From the NCBI GenBank assembly GCA_010909165.1, contig MU008179.1:496001-560000 (forward strand): DNA of 64,000 nucleotides, in the 5' to 3' direction. The translations under genes were made by a program, and so were the position numbers. The stretch is from Anthoceros angustus (Eukaryota; Plantae; Anthocerotophyta). A model generated the notes under the pieces. It worked only from the letters and a program-made list of their open reading frames with translations, searched no databases and had not been told where the DNA came from. Numbering within the stretch: the stretch's first letter is position 1; every line of letters begins with the position of its first letter. Shown here one piece after another: positions 11,077 through 24,773 of the stretch.

Positions 11077-14000
11077 CTAGCTAGCTGGCTTAACCTCTTG
11101 TACTCCTAACATTTTCATGTGTTTTAAATGCAAATCTCTTCCTAATGACTTGGTTAAAAGGTCAGCTGGATTGTTTTGAGTTGGAATATAATTGATATCT
11201 ATTGTTTTATTTTCTAACATTTCCCGTATGTAATGATACTCGACTGCTATATGTTTAGTTCTGGAGTGGAAAACAGGGTTCCTAGCTAAGGCAATAGCCC
11301 CCTGACTGTCACTGTAGAGAGGTGTAGGTCCATCTTGGGGATAATTCAACTCACTCAATGCTAACCTACTCCAGACTATATCCTTGGAGACGGAGGTGAG
11401 GACCCTATACTCGACTGTCGACAAAGCAATGGTTGGTTGTTTCTTACTTGACCATGAAATGGGTGCACCTCCTAGCGATGCATAGCCGGATCTGATTTGC
11501 GGCTATCGGGATCTCCAAGATAGTCGGCATCGATAAAATTAATTGTAACTTAGATATGCCGGGAACATGTTTGTACATCAATCCTGTGTGCATAGTCCCT
11601 TTTAAATACCTGAATATCCTCTTGACACATTGCCAATGTTGTCGTCCAGGATTCTCCAAAAATTGTGAGATCGCACTAACTTCAAAAGATATATCGGGTC
11701 TTGTGAAGTTACTTAAATATATTAAGGTGCCAACAGATGTCGTATGGTACCGACATTCTGCTTTCTCTGCATCTGTTTTAGGGCTCATATCTCTGTAAGC
11801 CTTGTGCCACTTGGAAATGGTGTGGTGGCTTAGCATCTTCTAGTCCAAACTTCTTTAAGCTTTCTTTTATATATTTTGTTTGAACCAAGGAAATGGATTT
11901 ATTACCTCTATTTCTTATAATGTTAACGCCAAGGGCATAACTAAGGTCTCCAGTGCTCATTTCATAATGACTTCTCAACCATGCTTTAATTTCAGCTAGA
12001 TGGGAGAGTGAAGATGAAGCTAAAAATAAGTCATCCACATATAGTAAGAGGTAAATTGTGTCTTGTTTAGTCTTCGGATATACATGCTAGCATCCGCTTT
12101 GCTTTGAACAAAACCATATTTTGTAAGCTTGTCATGTATATCATTATTCCATTCCTTGCTGATTGCTTAAGGCCATAAATGCCTTTAATGAGCCGCATAC
12201 ATGGTCTTCTTTACCTTTGACTTCATAGCCTTGAGTTGTCTCATGTATATTTCTTCTTGGATTCGGCCATGCAGATAGGCGCTTTGACGTCCATCATGTG
12301 AAGATGTAAGTCATGTTGAGCGGACAAGGCTATTATAATTCGAGGAGGCAAACTTTGCTCTGTGCATAGGTAGCCGGTATGTAATCTAAACCCGGTATCT
12401 GGTAAACCCTCGCTACCATTGCCTTATATCGCTCAATAGAACCATCACCCTTACGTTTGATTTTAAAGACCCATTTACTTCCCACTATTTTTCTCCCTTT
12501 GGGTGGTTTAACTAATTCCCATGTGGAGTTTTCTACTAAAGAGTTGTACTCAATCTCGCTACCTTCCATGTGTCTTTCTCGGAGAGGAAAATGCTTGTTT
12601 CAAGGTTAGCGGTTCCTCTGGATCAACGTGGCTTTGTAAACAGCTTGATAATAAGGTGTGAGAGGAGAAATGGGGTCATCAGAAGTGACAAGATATCCCA
12701 AAGGTGGTTCCTTCCATCCAGCAGGTCCTGCAACAGCGGGTCTAGTCCTAAGATTGTACCTTGGTGCAGGTTGTTGAATGTGTTCCTCAATGTCGACCAC
12801 TTGTTGAGCTGGTTCCTGTGCAGGTAACGCAGGCTCTTGTTCTGGCTCGTCGTCGAATTCATCCACTTGCTCGTCGACGGGCTCATCCTCGAAAGGAATA
12901 CGATCCTCCTCACGAATTTCAACATCATAGTCGATTTCATCATCGCTTAAATGTTGAGGTTCTTCTAAATCGGGATCCGGAGTAGTTGGTCGTCTTGGAA
13001 TATATTCTAACTCCTCCTCCTCCTCCGCAATGAGGTTCATCCATAGGAGCTTGCGGAGGGAGTGAATGAATGATGACAAAATCATCGTCATCAAAAGTGG
13101 AAGGCTCGGATGCGCAGAGGAAGGAGCATCGGGAGTAATGGGAGCAGATGCCCCATAATAGGAGAAAGAATATGAGATTCATGAAAGGTCACGCTCCTAG
13201 CATAAATGAGCTTTCGGGTAGATGGGTCAAATAACTTGTAACCCTTAATGCCTTCTGTAGCCAATAAAGGTATATTTGGCTGCCTTGGGATCCAGACTTC
13301 TTGCGTTGTACTTTGGGGATGAACACATAAGCGGGGATCCAAGATTCGTAAATGATCAATGAAGGTTTTCTCCCAAAAGCTTCATATGGAGTCATGCCTT
13401 GACATGGAAGTCGGTCTATTAAGGAGATATGTTCTGTCAATATAGCTTCAATAACTTTTAGATAATGTAGCTTGGGTGAGCAAACACTGTGATCTCCTGA
13501 GGCGTAAATTTTGTTTTACCTTTCATTTTGAGGTGTGTGTACCACACTAAGTTGTTGCGCTATACCTTGCAAATTCAGCAAATTCATTGAAGTGAACTCT
13601 CCTCCATTATCGGAGCGAAGAGTTTTAAGCTTCTGTCGGTAAGTCTCTCGCCCACATCATATATTCTTTGAAGAAAGAAAAGGCGACTCTTATGGCGGAG
13701 GATGTAGGTGAGGACGAACCGAATAATCATCGATGAAGGTTAAAAATATCTACAACCACTAAATGAAGGTGCGGATATCGGACCACAAATGTCTGTGAAC
13801 CAACTCTAAGGGTGCCTTAGCCCTCCGAGGGATGGATTGTGGAATGGAGCTTGATGACGTTTGGTTATGACGCAAGCTTCACACCGGAGAGGTTCAAGTT
13901 TAGGAATACAGGAGTTCTATACAGTTTCCTTAGACATTTGGATAAGCTTTTGGCTATTCGGATGACCTAACGTGCCAAAGCATGGTGCTTGAAGAGTGGA

Positions 14001-15270
14001 ATGGGAGGCTACATTGATGAGGTGTAACGGACCCACTTGGGTGAGTTTATAGAGTCCATCTTCTAGTGTGCAGGCAGTTGTGTGATACTTATTAGTATGA
14101 TAGTAAAGGAGACACAAATCGGCTTCAAGGATAATTTGCATGTTATGTTCTTGACATAAACTAGCGGTGACACTAGATTCTTGCACATGGAGGGTACATA
14201 AAGGACATGGGAGAGTAAGAACCTGGGTGGAGCACTTTAATGCCACGGAACCTACACCAAATATGGTGAGGTTATGGTCGCCTAGAGCACCTTGTTGTCC
14301 TTTTGATGGCGAATCGACTCAAAAAGTTAAGATCGTGACATATATGAGATGTTGCACCTGTCTAAATACCAATTTTGGTTTGATGGCTTGGAACTTGCCA
14401 AGCGATAAGTGATGGAGTTGCCGTGGAGGGCTTCTTCTTAACGGCAACATGTGCTCGTGGTGACCTCCTTCTTTGGCTCACCATTTTTCTTCTTCCAACA
14501 ATCCTTCTCCATATGGTTGGTCATCTTGCACCAATTGCGGTAACTCCAGCCTTCTTCATGCCTTTGAAGGTTTAAATGAAGAAGTGGATGGTCCTTGAAA
14601 ATTTTGAGTAGGAGTCGGTCTAGGGGCGTTTGCGCCTCGGCCACGTCCTCTTCCTCTGCCGCGTACTGTACATTACTTGGCGGGCTGATCGGGATTTTCA
14701 TTTTACGGCTTGCGTCCTCCTCAATAAGTGCTCCTATTAATTCACTTACGATATCCGGTTGTGGAGCCCGTTAATTTCTTGTTTTTGTGCAGCTCTAAGG
14801 ACCGCATTTTGCGTTGTCACAAAGGGCCTATAGGAGGCGGCAAGTGGCGAGAGCAATAAAAGTTTGTTTCTCTGTAAGTTTTCTTGAGGAGGATGCATTG
14901 AAATTATTCTTTGCAATACGGAAGTTGCTCAAGTGTTGTTGTAAGGAATCGCCTCCTTCATCCTTATAGTATATAAGTGACGTGTGGCGATCAATAAGCT
15001 CATTCCATCTTTGGAGGCATAAGTCGAGCTAACTTCTCCCACATCTCTGCGGTGTTTGCGTGCAACTTGGAGTACCATCGCTTGGTAAGTCCGTTCATTA
15101 AAACGTCTCGGGCTCTCCGATCTTTGGCTTCCCATTCATCTATAGCATCGAGTCCCAAGTGGAACATTCTTCCGTCGTTGACAATATTCCATAAGTCGCG
15201 CAGACACCTTGGGCACGGTGTTGCCATACGTACTTGCCGTTGAATCTATCTTTGTCTTTAAAGTTGTCAC
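11077..15270 (-). CDS. Copia-A gag-pol, copy 2
   Basis: RNase H ORF 11077-11424 (YSDSQGAIALARNPVFHSRTKHI); RT (WELVKPPKGRKIVGSKWVFKIK); integrase; gag. Confidence 0.88.
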
Positions 15271-18115
15271 CTTGAATCACTTGAGGCTTGGATTCATTAC
15301 GCTTTTAGCTTTCTCCTTTTCTTCCTTTTAAATTGCTCCCATTCATCTCGCCATATAGATTGTTGTTCTTCAAGCCATTTGGTCTTTTGGGCAAAATTTT
15401 GCTCTGCTCAGTCATCAATATCCACGTCGAGATCGTCCGACCCCACCATTGCAAGTAATTTTAATGATGCGGGTTATGCGTGGTTGACACGCCGTCTTCT
15501 TGCATTGTTTTGCGGAAAGAGGCGGCGGCACAACATTCTTCAAATTATGAATTTCGCATCATAATCGAATCTGCAGACTTACAATCAAGTGAGAAGAGAC
15601 CTTGTGAAAGGTCTCGGTCAACAAGTCTATCGAGATAATATTGATTTGTTGTGTATTGTAAGTCAATTTCTCATTGATAGCGAGTGATTTATTCTAAGTT
15701 CGCTCTAATGGAATCAAGAGATTGCTGCAGATGATCCGGATTAGGAGCGAAGATACTAGCCTTATTTTTATGTACTTAGAGATGGCGGACTCTATAGCAC
15801 TATATTGATAAAGGCTAAATGTAGAAAGGAGAGCTTCTGAGCATAAATGATATCTTGTACTCTATCTCGACTTAGACAAAGGGCTTCAATGAGACAACAT
15901 ACTTGTGCCTCTAAAACATCAATCGAGGAGAATTGAGGTCAAACTCCTCCGAATGTAAGAAGATTTGATTTGATGTTGTTTCTTCTTCTTTGAAGCCTTG
16001 ATCTTCCTCCTAAATTCTTGTCCTTGGATTAAAGGAATCCATGGAGAGCGATAAGAAATTGATGCACAATGTGTGCATCATTGTGCGCTGGTCACCGGAT
16101 GATTCTTTGCTAAAGGCGAAATCTCCACGCATTATCTTCATTTGAAGTACTACAAACGCAAAAGCATTGGAGAGTAAGAACCTGCCGTGGAGCACTTTAA
16201 TGCCACGGAACCTACACCAAATATGGTGAGGTTATGGTCGTCGCCTAGAGCACCTTTTTGTTGTCCTTTTGATGGCGAATCGACTCAAAAAGTTAAGTCG
16301 TGACATATATGAGATGTTGCACCTGTCTAAATACCAATTTTGGTTTGATGGCTTGGAACTTGCCAAGCAGATGAAATCTTGATGGAGTTGTGGAGGGCTT
16401 CTTCTTAACGGCAACATCCTGGTGACCTCCTTCTTTGGCTCACCATTTTTCTTCTTCCAACAATCCTTCTCCATATGGTTGGTCATCTTGCACCAATTGC
16501 GGTAACTCCAGCCTTCTTCATGCCTTTGAAGGTTTAAATGAAGAAGTGGATGTTCCTTGAAAATTTTGAGTAGGAGTCGGTCTAGGAGTGAAGTTTCCGC
16601 CTCGGCCACGTCCTCTCCTCTGCGTCTGTACATTACTTTTGTGATCGGGATTTTCATTTCGGCGCGTCCTCCTCAATAAGTGCTATTAATTCACTTACGA
16701 TATCGTTGTGGAGCCCGTTAATTTCTTCTTTTTTGTGCAGCTCTAAGGACCGCATTTTGCGTTGTCACAAAGGGCCTATAGGAGGCGGCAAGTGAGGAGA
16801 GCAATAAAAGTTTGTTTCTCTGTAAGTTTTCTTGAGAGGATGCATTGAAATTATTCTTTGTCTGGAAGTTGCTCAAGTGTTGTTGTAAGGAATCGCCTCC
16901 TTCATCCTTATAGTATATAAGTGACGTGTGGCGATCAATAAGCTCATTCCATCTTTGGAGGCATAAAGGCTAACTTCTCCCACATCTCTGCGGTGTTTGC
17001 GTGCAACTTGGAGTACCATCGCTTGGTAAGTCCGTTCATTAAAACGTCTCGGGCTCTCCGATCTTTGGCTTCCCATTCATCTATAGCATCGAGTCCCAAG
17101 TGGAACATTCTTCCGTCGTTGACAATATTCCATAAGTCGGCACTTGAGACACCTTGGGCACGGTGTTGCCATCGTCTTTTAATCGAATCTATCTTTGTCT
17201 TTAAAGTTGTCACCTTGAATCACTTGAGGCTTGGATTCATTACGCTTTTAGCTTTCTCCTTTTCTTCCTTTTAAATTGCTCCCATTCATCTCGCCATATA
17301 GATTGTTGTTCTTCAAGCCATTTGGTCTTTTGGCGGCCAAAATTTTGCTCTGCTACCAAGTCATCAATATCCACGTCGAGATCGTCCGACCCCACCATTG
17401 CAAGTAATTTTAATGATGCAGGTTATGCCGTGGTTGACACGCCGTCTTCTTGCATTGTTTTGCGGGAAAGAGGCGGCAGTAACATTCTTCAAATTATGAA
17501 TTTCGCATCATAATCGAATCTGACTTACAATCAAGTGAGAAGAGACCTTGTGAAAGGTCTCGGTCAAGTCTATCGAGATAATATTGATTTGTTGTATTGT
17601 AAGTCAATTTCTCATTGATAGCGAGTGATTTATTCTAAGTTCGCTCTAATGGAATCAAGAGATTGCTGCAGATGATCCGGATTAGGAGCGAAGATACTAG
17701 CCTTATTTTTATGTACTTAGAGATGGCGGACTCTATAGCACTATATTGATAAAGGCTAAATGTAGAAAGGAGAGCTTCTGAGCATAAATGATATCTTGTA
17801 CTCTATCTCGACTTAGACAAAGGGCTTCAATGAGACAACATACTTGTGCCTCTAAAACATCAATCGAGGAGAATTGAGGTCAAACTCCTCCGAATGTAAG
17901 AAGATTTGATTTGATGTTGTTTCTTCTTCTTTGAAGCCTTGATCTTCCTCCTAAATTCTTGTCTGCTTGGATTAAAGGAATCCATGGAGGCGAGAATTGA
18001 TGCACAATGTGTGCATCATTGTGCGCTGGTCACCGGATGATTCTTTGCTAAAGGCGAAATCTCCACGCATTATCTTCATTTGAAGTACTACAAACGCAAA
18101 AGCATTGGAGTAAAT
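14210..18115 (-). repeat. ~1.96 kb direct duplication of the Copia-A 5' UTR-gag-protease region
   Basis: 14210-16168 is repeated from 16169; the junction lies on the 9-bp microhomology GGAGAGTAA. Confidence 0.8.
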
Positions 18116-18173
18116 TGCCTAGAGCATAAGGAAGCGAGGTGCTCAAGCACAAAGAGCTAAATGCTCGATACCA

Positions 18174-18426
18174 TGATGAGAATCAATAGCTCTTAGATAG
18201 AAGAGAAACAATGGAATGAATTGATTAATGAGTAAAGTACAAGCCTTTAAATAGGGTGGTTGGGTGGTTACAACAATATGTTGTTGTAACCATAAGTAGT
18301 TGCAACCATAAGTTGTTGCAACTATAAATTGTTGTAACAACTAACTACCTAAAGCCCTAGCTCTAAATTAATGTTTAAGTAATGAGGCCCTAATGAATAG
18401 TGCCCTAAGCTAGACCTATTTCATCA
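18174..18426 (-). repeat. Copia-A 5' LTR
   Basis: PBS adjacent at ~18163-18173; TSD TACTC follows. Confidence 0.93.
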
Positions 18427-18431
18427 TACTC

Positions 18432-21400
18432 TTAGCAGTATATTTGGCTACCTCCAAGAATGACACATGCAGTTGGTACATTGATAGTGGAGCTTCAGCT
18501 CACATTTGTCATACAAGATCCTTCTTTTCATCTTACCCCTTATGAACCAGGCGGATTCGGGTGATAATAGTGGCCTTCAAGTACAAGGAAGAGGCATTGT
18601 CGTTGTCCTGTGAGGGAGGCGAGAATTTTGAAGTTAGAGGATGTTTACTATGTCCCACAAATGTCAAAGAACTTAGTTCCAGAGACTTACAATATCAAAT
18701 GAGTACAACGTTCATTTTGCTGGAGACACCTGCATGATCCAGGACACAGTTAGTCCTCCTAGTGTGTCATGTCTCTGCATTTGTCGACCTTTCAATGACC
18801 TATACAGGATAGATTTTTCCCCAATGCCTGTTACCAACATTGCCAATTTAACTCAGCCTAAGCAATCTGTGCTATGGCACCATAGGCTGGCACATGTTAA
18901 CTCACGTAAGTTAGTAACTCTCAAAGCAACTGCTCGGGATCCTATCTCGCTTGTCTCCTTTTGTGCGAATCATGTGTGTATGCCAAGAGTCGATGGTGAC
19001 GACAACTTAATGTCAAGCGAAAGGCGTGCATATGGTGGAGGGAGTTTGTAGGTGCCTTTGCACATCATGCAACTCCTAAGGCATAATCATGCAGAAGTGT
19101 TCCATATTCTCAAGCCCAAACGGTGTGGCCGGCTCATCAATGGCTTGTTGAAGCCGAGCCATGCTGAACATTTTTGGACTCTCACAAATATTGGGCTATT
19201 TCAACGCGACCTACATCAAGAACCGACTTCCAACTTCAACATCGTGTCACTCCTTATGAGGGTGGTCGTAAACCCAATCAATTGCATCTTCATTATCTTG
19301 GGCATATGCACATATTCCCAAACAACTTCGTCAAGCTTGACGACAAGGCCAGCAAGATGCTGTTTGTGGGATATCTTCAAGGAATCAAGGGATATAATGG
19401 TGAACCCGAGACTCGGGTCACGCATTCAAGGAGTGTGATTATTGAGCAATTTCGCGGACAGCGAGAGGGAGAGAAATGGACCATCCCCCGTCGAACCAGC
19501 GATCCGAAGGTTGCAATTCCTTTGGATTCGACCTTGCGAGATGTGAGTGGGAGCGATGATGACCAGCTGTTTGAGTGGGAGTCCACGGATCATGGAGCGC
19601 GCACACACCGCACAAGGGCCGGTGCCCATTCAGTACCCACTCCACATGCACCTCCTTAGATCCCTGGACCTCACACCGGCGGCCCTATACAACGCACTGC
19701 AGCGCTCACCCTCACATCCGCGGCGGCATGATCCTCATGATCCGCCAGCGGGAATGAAGCCTCCTTAGCGCTGCAGCCCCGTGCGCGTCGCTCCACAAGG
19801 CGTGCGGACCCCGCAGCATGAATCCTACCACCTTGAAGGTGCATACGGACAGGGAGGGACGCCTCCTCGCATGCTCAACCCGGCGCACATCCGATCACGC
19901 GCCCTCCTCCTCATACGTAACCACGTGCCCCAAGCCACATCCTTGGAGCCCGTTTGGCTCTGTTTGCACCATCTGTTTCACGCACCCATTTCAAATAATA
20001 ATTCATTAGTTGGGCCTTTACCAAATTTAGAAAATGAACCTAGTTTAGATGTCAATATTTTAACCGGACATGCCTCTTTAGTCCAAGCTTACATAGCACC
20101 ACGGATCCTATTGAACACACTACCGTGAAGAGGCTTTGTCTGGGACAAGGAGAAGTGGAGGCAGCTATTCAATCCGAGTATAATAGTTTAATAGAAAATA
20201 ATACTTGGGAATTAGTTAAGCTTCCTTATGGTAGAAAGCCTATCTGATAGTGGGTGTTTTGCATTAAATTGAAAGCAGATGGTAGTGTAGAACGCTACAA
20301 GGCATGTTTGTGTGCTAAGGGGTATAGCTAAGTTCCGGGTGTTGATTATCATGAAACTTTTTCGCCTGTAGTTAAGTTGCAGACTATCAGATACTTGTTA
20401 GCCTTAGCAGTTGAGTTAGATTTAGACTCACAACAAATGGATGTTACAATTGCTTTTCTATATGGTAAATTAGAGGAGCTGATTTACATGGAACAACTCA
20501 AGTGTTTATAGATCCTAAAACAAAGGACTTAGTTTGTAGACTCTTAAGGTGTATTTATGGACTCAAGCAATCTCCTTTGAAGTGGTATGCTGATATTGAT
20601 GGTACCCTTATCGAGATTGGCTTTGTTCGTTGTAATTTTGATGAGAATGTATATTTCCTATGCAAAGATGGAAAGCTGGTTATTATTGCTTTATATGTGG
20701 ATGACATCATAATTTACTACGAATAGCCGGAGTTATTATCAAAAGTGAAGACCACTCTTAGTTCCAAGTACCGGATGAAGGATATTGGGACTCTTACCTA
20801 TTGTCTTGGAGTTCAAATTGCTAGAATAGGAAGGTACACTTAGTATGTATCAAACCAAATATGTTAAAGAGCTTCTTAATCGTTTCAAGCTTGAGGCGCT
20901 CATCCTGCAGCCACTCCACTTGCATTTGGACAAGTCTTATCTACTCGAGCCCACCCACGGAGGAGGAGAGAGGATGCTTCACACACTTTATAGGGGGCGA
21001 GGATGCTTACTCTTCCGAGTGGTTGGACTCGACGATATCACTCATGTTGTTTCTATTGTATCGCAATTCTTTTCTAATCCGGTTTAGCTCATTGGGTTGC
21101 GGTAAAACGCATCTATCGTTATGTATCCGGGACCATGTAGGACTTCAATATAAGCGATCGAGCAGGAAGGCTTGAGGGTTGGTCGATGCTAATTGGGCAG
21201 CTGATCCGTTGACAAGGAAAAGCCTATCTAGCTATTGTTTTACCTTATGTGGTGCTGTAGTTTCATGGACATGTAAGAAGCAGTGTGTCTCTTAGCTCAA
21301 CGAGAGTGAAAATGATTCCTTAACACTTCTGGTAAGGAAGTTGGAAGGTCCTTATTAGCGGAGATGGATCAAGCACAGGACTCACCTACCTTGTTGCATT

Positions 21401-21636
21401 GCGACAATATGTCGGCAATAGCTTTAACCAAGAACGCCAAGTACCATGCTCGGACTAAGCATATAGGCATTTATCATCATTTTATTAGACAGCTAGTCTC
21501 CGAGCATCATGTAACTATTGAATACATCCCAACAGAGGAGAACCGCGGATATATTTACAAAGGTTTATCCAAGGCCAAGCACCAGTATTTCTCTTACGCT
21601 TTAGGCCTTGTGGACTTATCAAATGGTTCTTCTTAA
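18432..21636 (+). pseudogene. Copia-B pol (PR-INT-RT-RH), left copy, with an integrase-core deletion
   Basis: WYIDSGAS; LWHHRLAHVN; YGLKQSP; YVDD; CDNMSAIAL..HARTKHI. Confidence 0.85.
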
Positions 21637-21750
21637 GTGGGAGCTCTTACGCACATCGCTAACTTGCTATACATTTACGTTCTTATCAAGAGTGAACTGG
21701 ACGTGTTAGCTTGTTAGTCTCATTCATGTTGCTTCAAACGTGAGTGGGAG

Positions 21751-21963
21751 TGTAGAGGTTATGGCTATTAGAGCCCTAGTTAGGGCACGTTTGAAGATTA
21801 TACTTTAATTATTACTTAAGTTACAGTGATATATGAATAGGCATCTTAGATTCAGTTTTTATAACTACTTTTATATGCTCTTCAAAAACATTGTCTTGGT
21901 TCACTTTTTTTCAATTCATACACTCTTTGTTCTACGCTTATGTGAAATCCATGTGCCTTCACA
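21751..21963 (+). repeat. Copia-B 3' LTR (left copy)
   Basis: TGTAGAGG...CTTCACA; PPT gtgagtgggag at 21740-21750; TSD AGAGC at 21964-21968. Confidence 0.92.
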
Positions 21964-21965
21964 AG

Positions 21966-22112
21966 AGCAAGAAAGAAAAGGCTGAGCAATCAGCTACAAA
22001 AAAGGTAACGACGAAAAAGCGCAAAGTCGAGGTCACAGTTAAGAGACAACACTTTGAGGCGATAAACGGGTCGGAGAGTGTCGAGAAGAAGAAGAAGAAG
22101 CAGGCGGACTAA
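21966..22112 (+). pseudogene. NOP58: Last exon (Lys-rich tail) of a NOP58 copy split by Copia-B
   Basis: SKKEKAEQSAT...KKKKKKQAD*; equivalent to 28296-28454. Confidence 0.75.
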
Positions 22113-23180
22113 TGTTAGACCTGACTCTCCCTCTTTCAGGCCTGGAGGATCCTCTCTTCTGGTGGGATGGAAGGCCTTAATTTTGCTCCCGTCACCTTGT
22201 TGGGTAGCCAACAGGATGTATTATTTATGGAAGTGTCTCCGAGACTCGGGGAGGTGTGCCCTGTCTATCTAGGGCGCACAACCGATTTTGTGAAGGCTTC
22301 TCATAGCCTAGAGTGGCTCTCCCAGGCAAGAAATGAGGCAGGCTTCCGCCCGCCGAGCGCGAGGTAGGTCTGTTGGGGTGCCAGTCAAGCGTGTGTTGCC
22401 ATAGTAGCTGAGAATCTCTGTCACCTTACAGCGCCTAACGCCTCCCGGAGAAGGCCGCCGCCCGCGTGAACCCATGCGGAGCCCTATCTCCATCGTGCCC
22501 ACACATTTGTAACCAATCCGGCAGCAGGGCACTTGTGGCTGCCAGCATTGTAAGTTATCAAATTTGCAGGTGTTTGATGAAATGGCAGGTGTAGATGCTA
22601 TCGAGGGCGCTCATGAGTCACCTGGCACCACTCTTATGATCTGACCGACAGTTTTTCCACGTGCTACGCCTGCCTCCAAGGTGGTTGGTGTAGCATAGTG
22701 CTTCCTAGCTCTTCATAAAAGATGAAGTTGAGCTTTCTGTCTCTTCAAAAAGGCGAAGTTGAGCTTTCTGGCTCGGCCTGCCACACAGACAGAGAAAGGC
22801 AAAGTTGAGCCGTATTTGACCCAGGTACCATATATAGCTCTCTTAATGAATGGGATGTAAATGAATGAATTAAGGAGGCAGAGCCTAAACGTGAGGAGCT
22901 TTGAAATTATTGGTTCCCAGCCTGTTGCATTCCGATTGGAGGATTAGGAAGGGGCAAAAGCGGCAAGCAGGAAGCCCGGGCGCAAGGCGAGCATGGCTGC
23001 AGATGAGATATTTCGATGCGTGGAAAGCGAGGATCAGATACACGCAGGAAAGTGCACACTGCGCAGGCTCGTCAGCGAGCGGACTGGTACAAATAGCGGG
23101 CCGTTGGGCACTGCATTCCAACGATTTCATCCAGCAATTTCAGCGCTTCCTGGTCTCCGAGTCGTCGTGCGGATCGAGCC

Positions 23181-23826
23181 ATGGCAGCATCCCAGCTCCT
23201 GTTCCTGGCCGTGGCCATGGCGGCAGCAGCCCTGGTTGCAGGCGACGCGGAAGTGGTGGTGGATTTCTGCGTGACGGACCCGGCGCCCCGGCAACTCCAT
23301 CCGACCCACCGGAAGCCCCTGCAAGGCTCTGGCCGACGTCAAGTCCTCCGACTTCAAGTTCACGCTGGTGCCGGGCGCCCCGGGCGGCCGCCTCAACTTC
23401 GGCGTCGCGTTGGGCTTCGCCGACCAGTGGGGCGGGCTCAACGGCCTGCAGGTGGCCATCGCGAGGCTGGATTTCGGAAAGGGCGGCCAGATCCCTCCCC
23501 ACCACCACCCGCGCGCCACCGAGATCTTCTATGTGGTGGAGGGCAAGGTGCTGAACGGCTTCATCGACTCCGCCGGCACCCTGTACGAGGAGGTGTTGAG
23601 CGCGGGCCAGGCCTTCGTCTTCCCAGAGGCCTCATCCACTACCAGCAGAACGTGGGCAAGGGCCCCGCCTACGGCATCTCCTCCTTCAACAGCCAGAGCC
23701 CCGGCCTGCAGCTCACATTCAACGCCGTCCTCGAATCCAACCCCTCATTTCCTCCAAGGATCTCGCCCAAACTCTCAACGTCAAGAAGAGCGAGGTCGAC
23801 TCCTGCGCAAGGCCTTTGGAGCCTAA
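23181..23826 (+). CDS. Germin-like protein (cupin), intronless, with signal peptide; copy 1
   Basis: VDFCVTD (box A), PPHHHPRATE (box B), FVFPRGLIHYQQN (box C); frameshifts fall at homopolymers and vary between copies. Confidence 0.9.
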
Positions 23827-24773
23827 TCGTTCAGCACCTGTCCGCCTCCGGATCCGGAGCTTCCTCGTTCAGGTCCCCTAGTGTGTCCCCAGTTGTTCCC
23901 AGTCCTAGTCCAGTCCGGTGACACCAGTGATAGGGATATGTAAGCAAGCGCACCGATTAATGCTCGCTGCGGATTTGATCTTTTGCTTTTCCTTGGGAGA
24001 CAGTCACGGCCCAGGCCTGGCTGTGCCAGTGGTAGCCATCTCCTCAACGTTTTACATTTTATCACATGACCTTGTGTGAGCACACGTCCTCTCGGCAACC
24101 CAGTGCCGTACACTCTACGCCCATGAGTTTACTCGTAAACCCTTGGCCTGCATGTGTGCTTTGTGGTGCTAGGTGCGCAAGCTAGTGTTCCATCGTTGTT
24201 CAGCAGACGACTGAATCAGGAACAATGTTCTCGAAACCGGAAGATCAGCAGCCGCATACGCCCGCACCATGCTTCCGGATATGGAACAAGGGTTGAGAGA
24301 TGCAGGTTGTGCGATAAAGGACTTCAGCTACGTCCGAATATCGGAAGGACAACGTACCCACACCTCCCCACGTGCGCCATGTCTCCGAGTCCCGAACAAT
24401 ATTCGCAAGATCCGTTTTGGTCTTGCACCGTGTCCTGACGCCATCCTTCAGACAATCCCGTTTTGGAAGGGGCTTCCTTGGTCAGGAACCAGACCTGTTC
24501 GCCCATAATATGGTTTAAAGCCTTTTGACCCATAATATGTTCTGCGCCTCTCCCAAGGTGGCTCCTGCAGCAAAGTGCACTTTGCCTCGGCTCACAACTG
24601 CATTGAAGGCTGTCAATATTAAAATATTGAAGGCTGTCAATATTAAACTGATGTACGCAGGCATGATGTAGGTATCAGGAGGCAGATATGCCTGCAATGC
24701 ATGTCAGTGGCCGCAGATTGGTGAACTTGTTGGTTAGCCCTGAAAGCTGCAAGCAGAACAAGGAGAAGGTATG

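Larger units (their letters stand above)
999..18426 (-). mobile_element. Copia-A Ty1/Copia LTR retrotransposon, tandem dimer (LTR-int-LTR-int-LTR)
   Basis: Three near-identical TGATGA...TCATCA LTRs; a single 5-bp TSD TACTC at 994-998 and 18427-18431; gag-PR-INT-RT-RH order; empty site at 55319-55323. Confidence 0.93.

Noticed and set aside
22250-22320. Helitron 3' end (hairpin plus CTAG) explaining the array
   Set aside because: Hairpins exist, but spacing to the CTAG is atypical and no matching 5' TC end or A/T target was identified
22570-22650. Possible box C/D snoRNA (tgatga...ctga with a ggt/acc stem) downstream of NOP58
   Set aside because: The C box is imperfect, the stem is weak and I could not identify a convincing rRNA-complementary guide; a snoscan/Infernal search is needed
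23127-23519. Minus-strand ORFs over the germin genes and element C
   Set aside because: Shadow ORFs of GC-rich coding sequence
24154-24700. Short ORFs between the germin gene and the paralogue fragments
   Set aside because: No recognisable motif and frames vary among units; a captured fragment cannot be supported without a search
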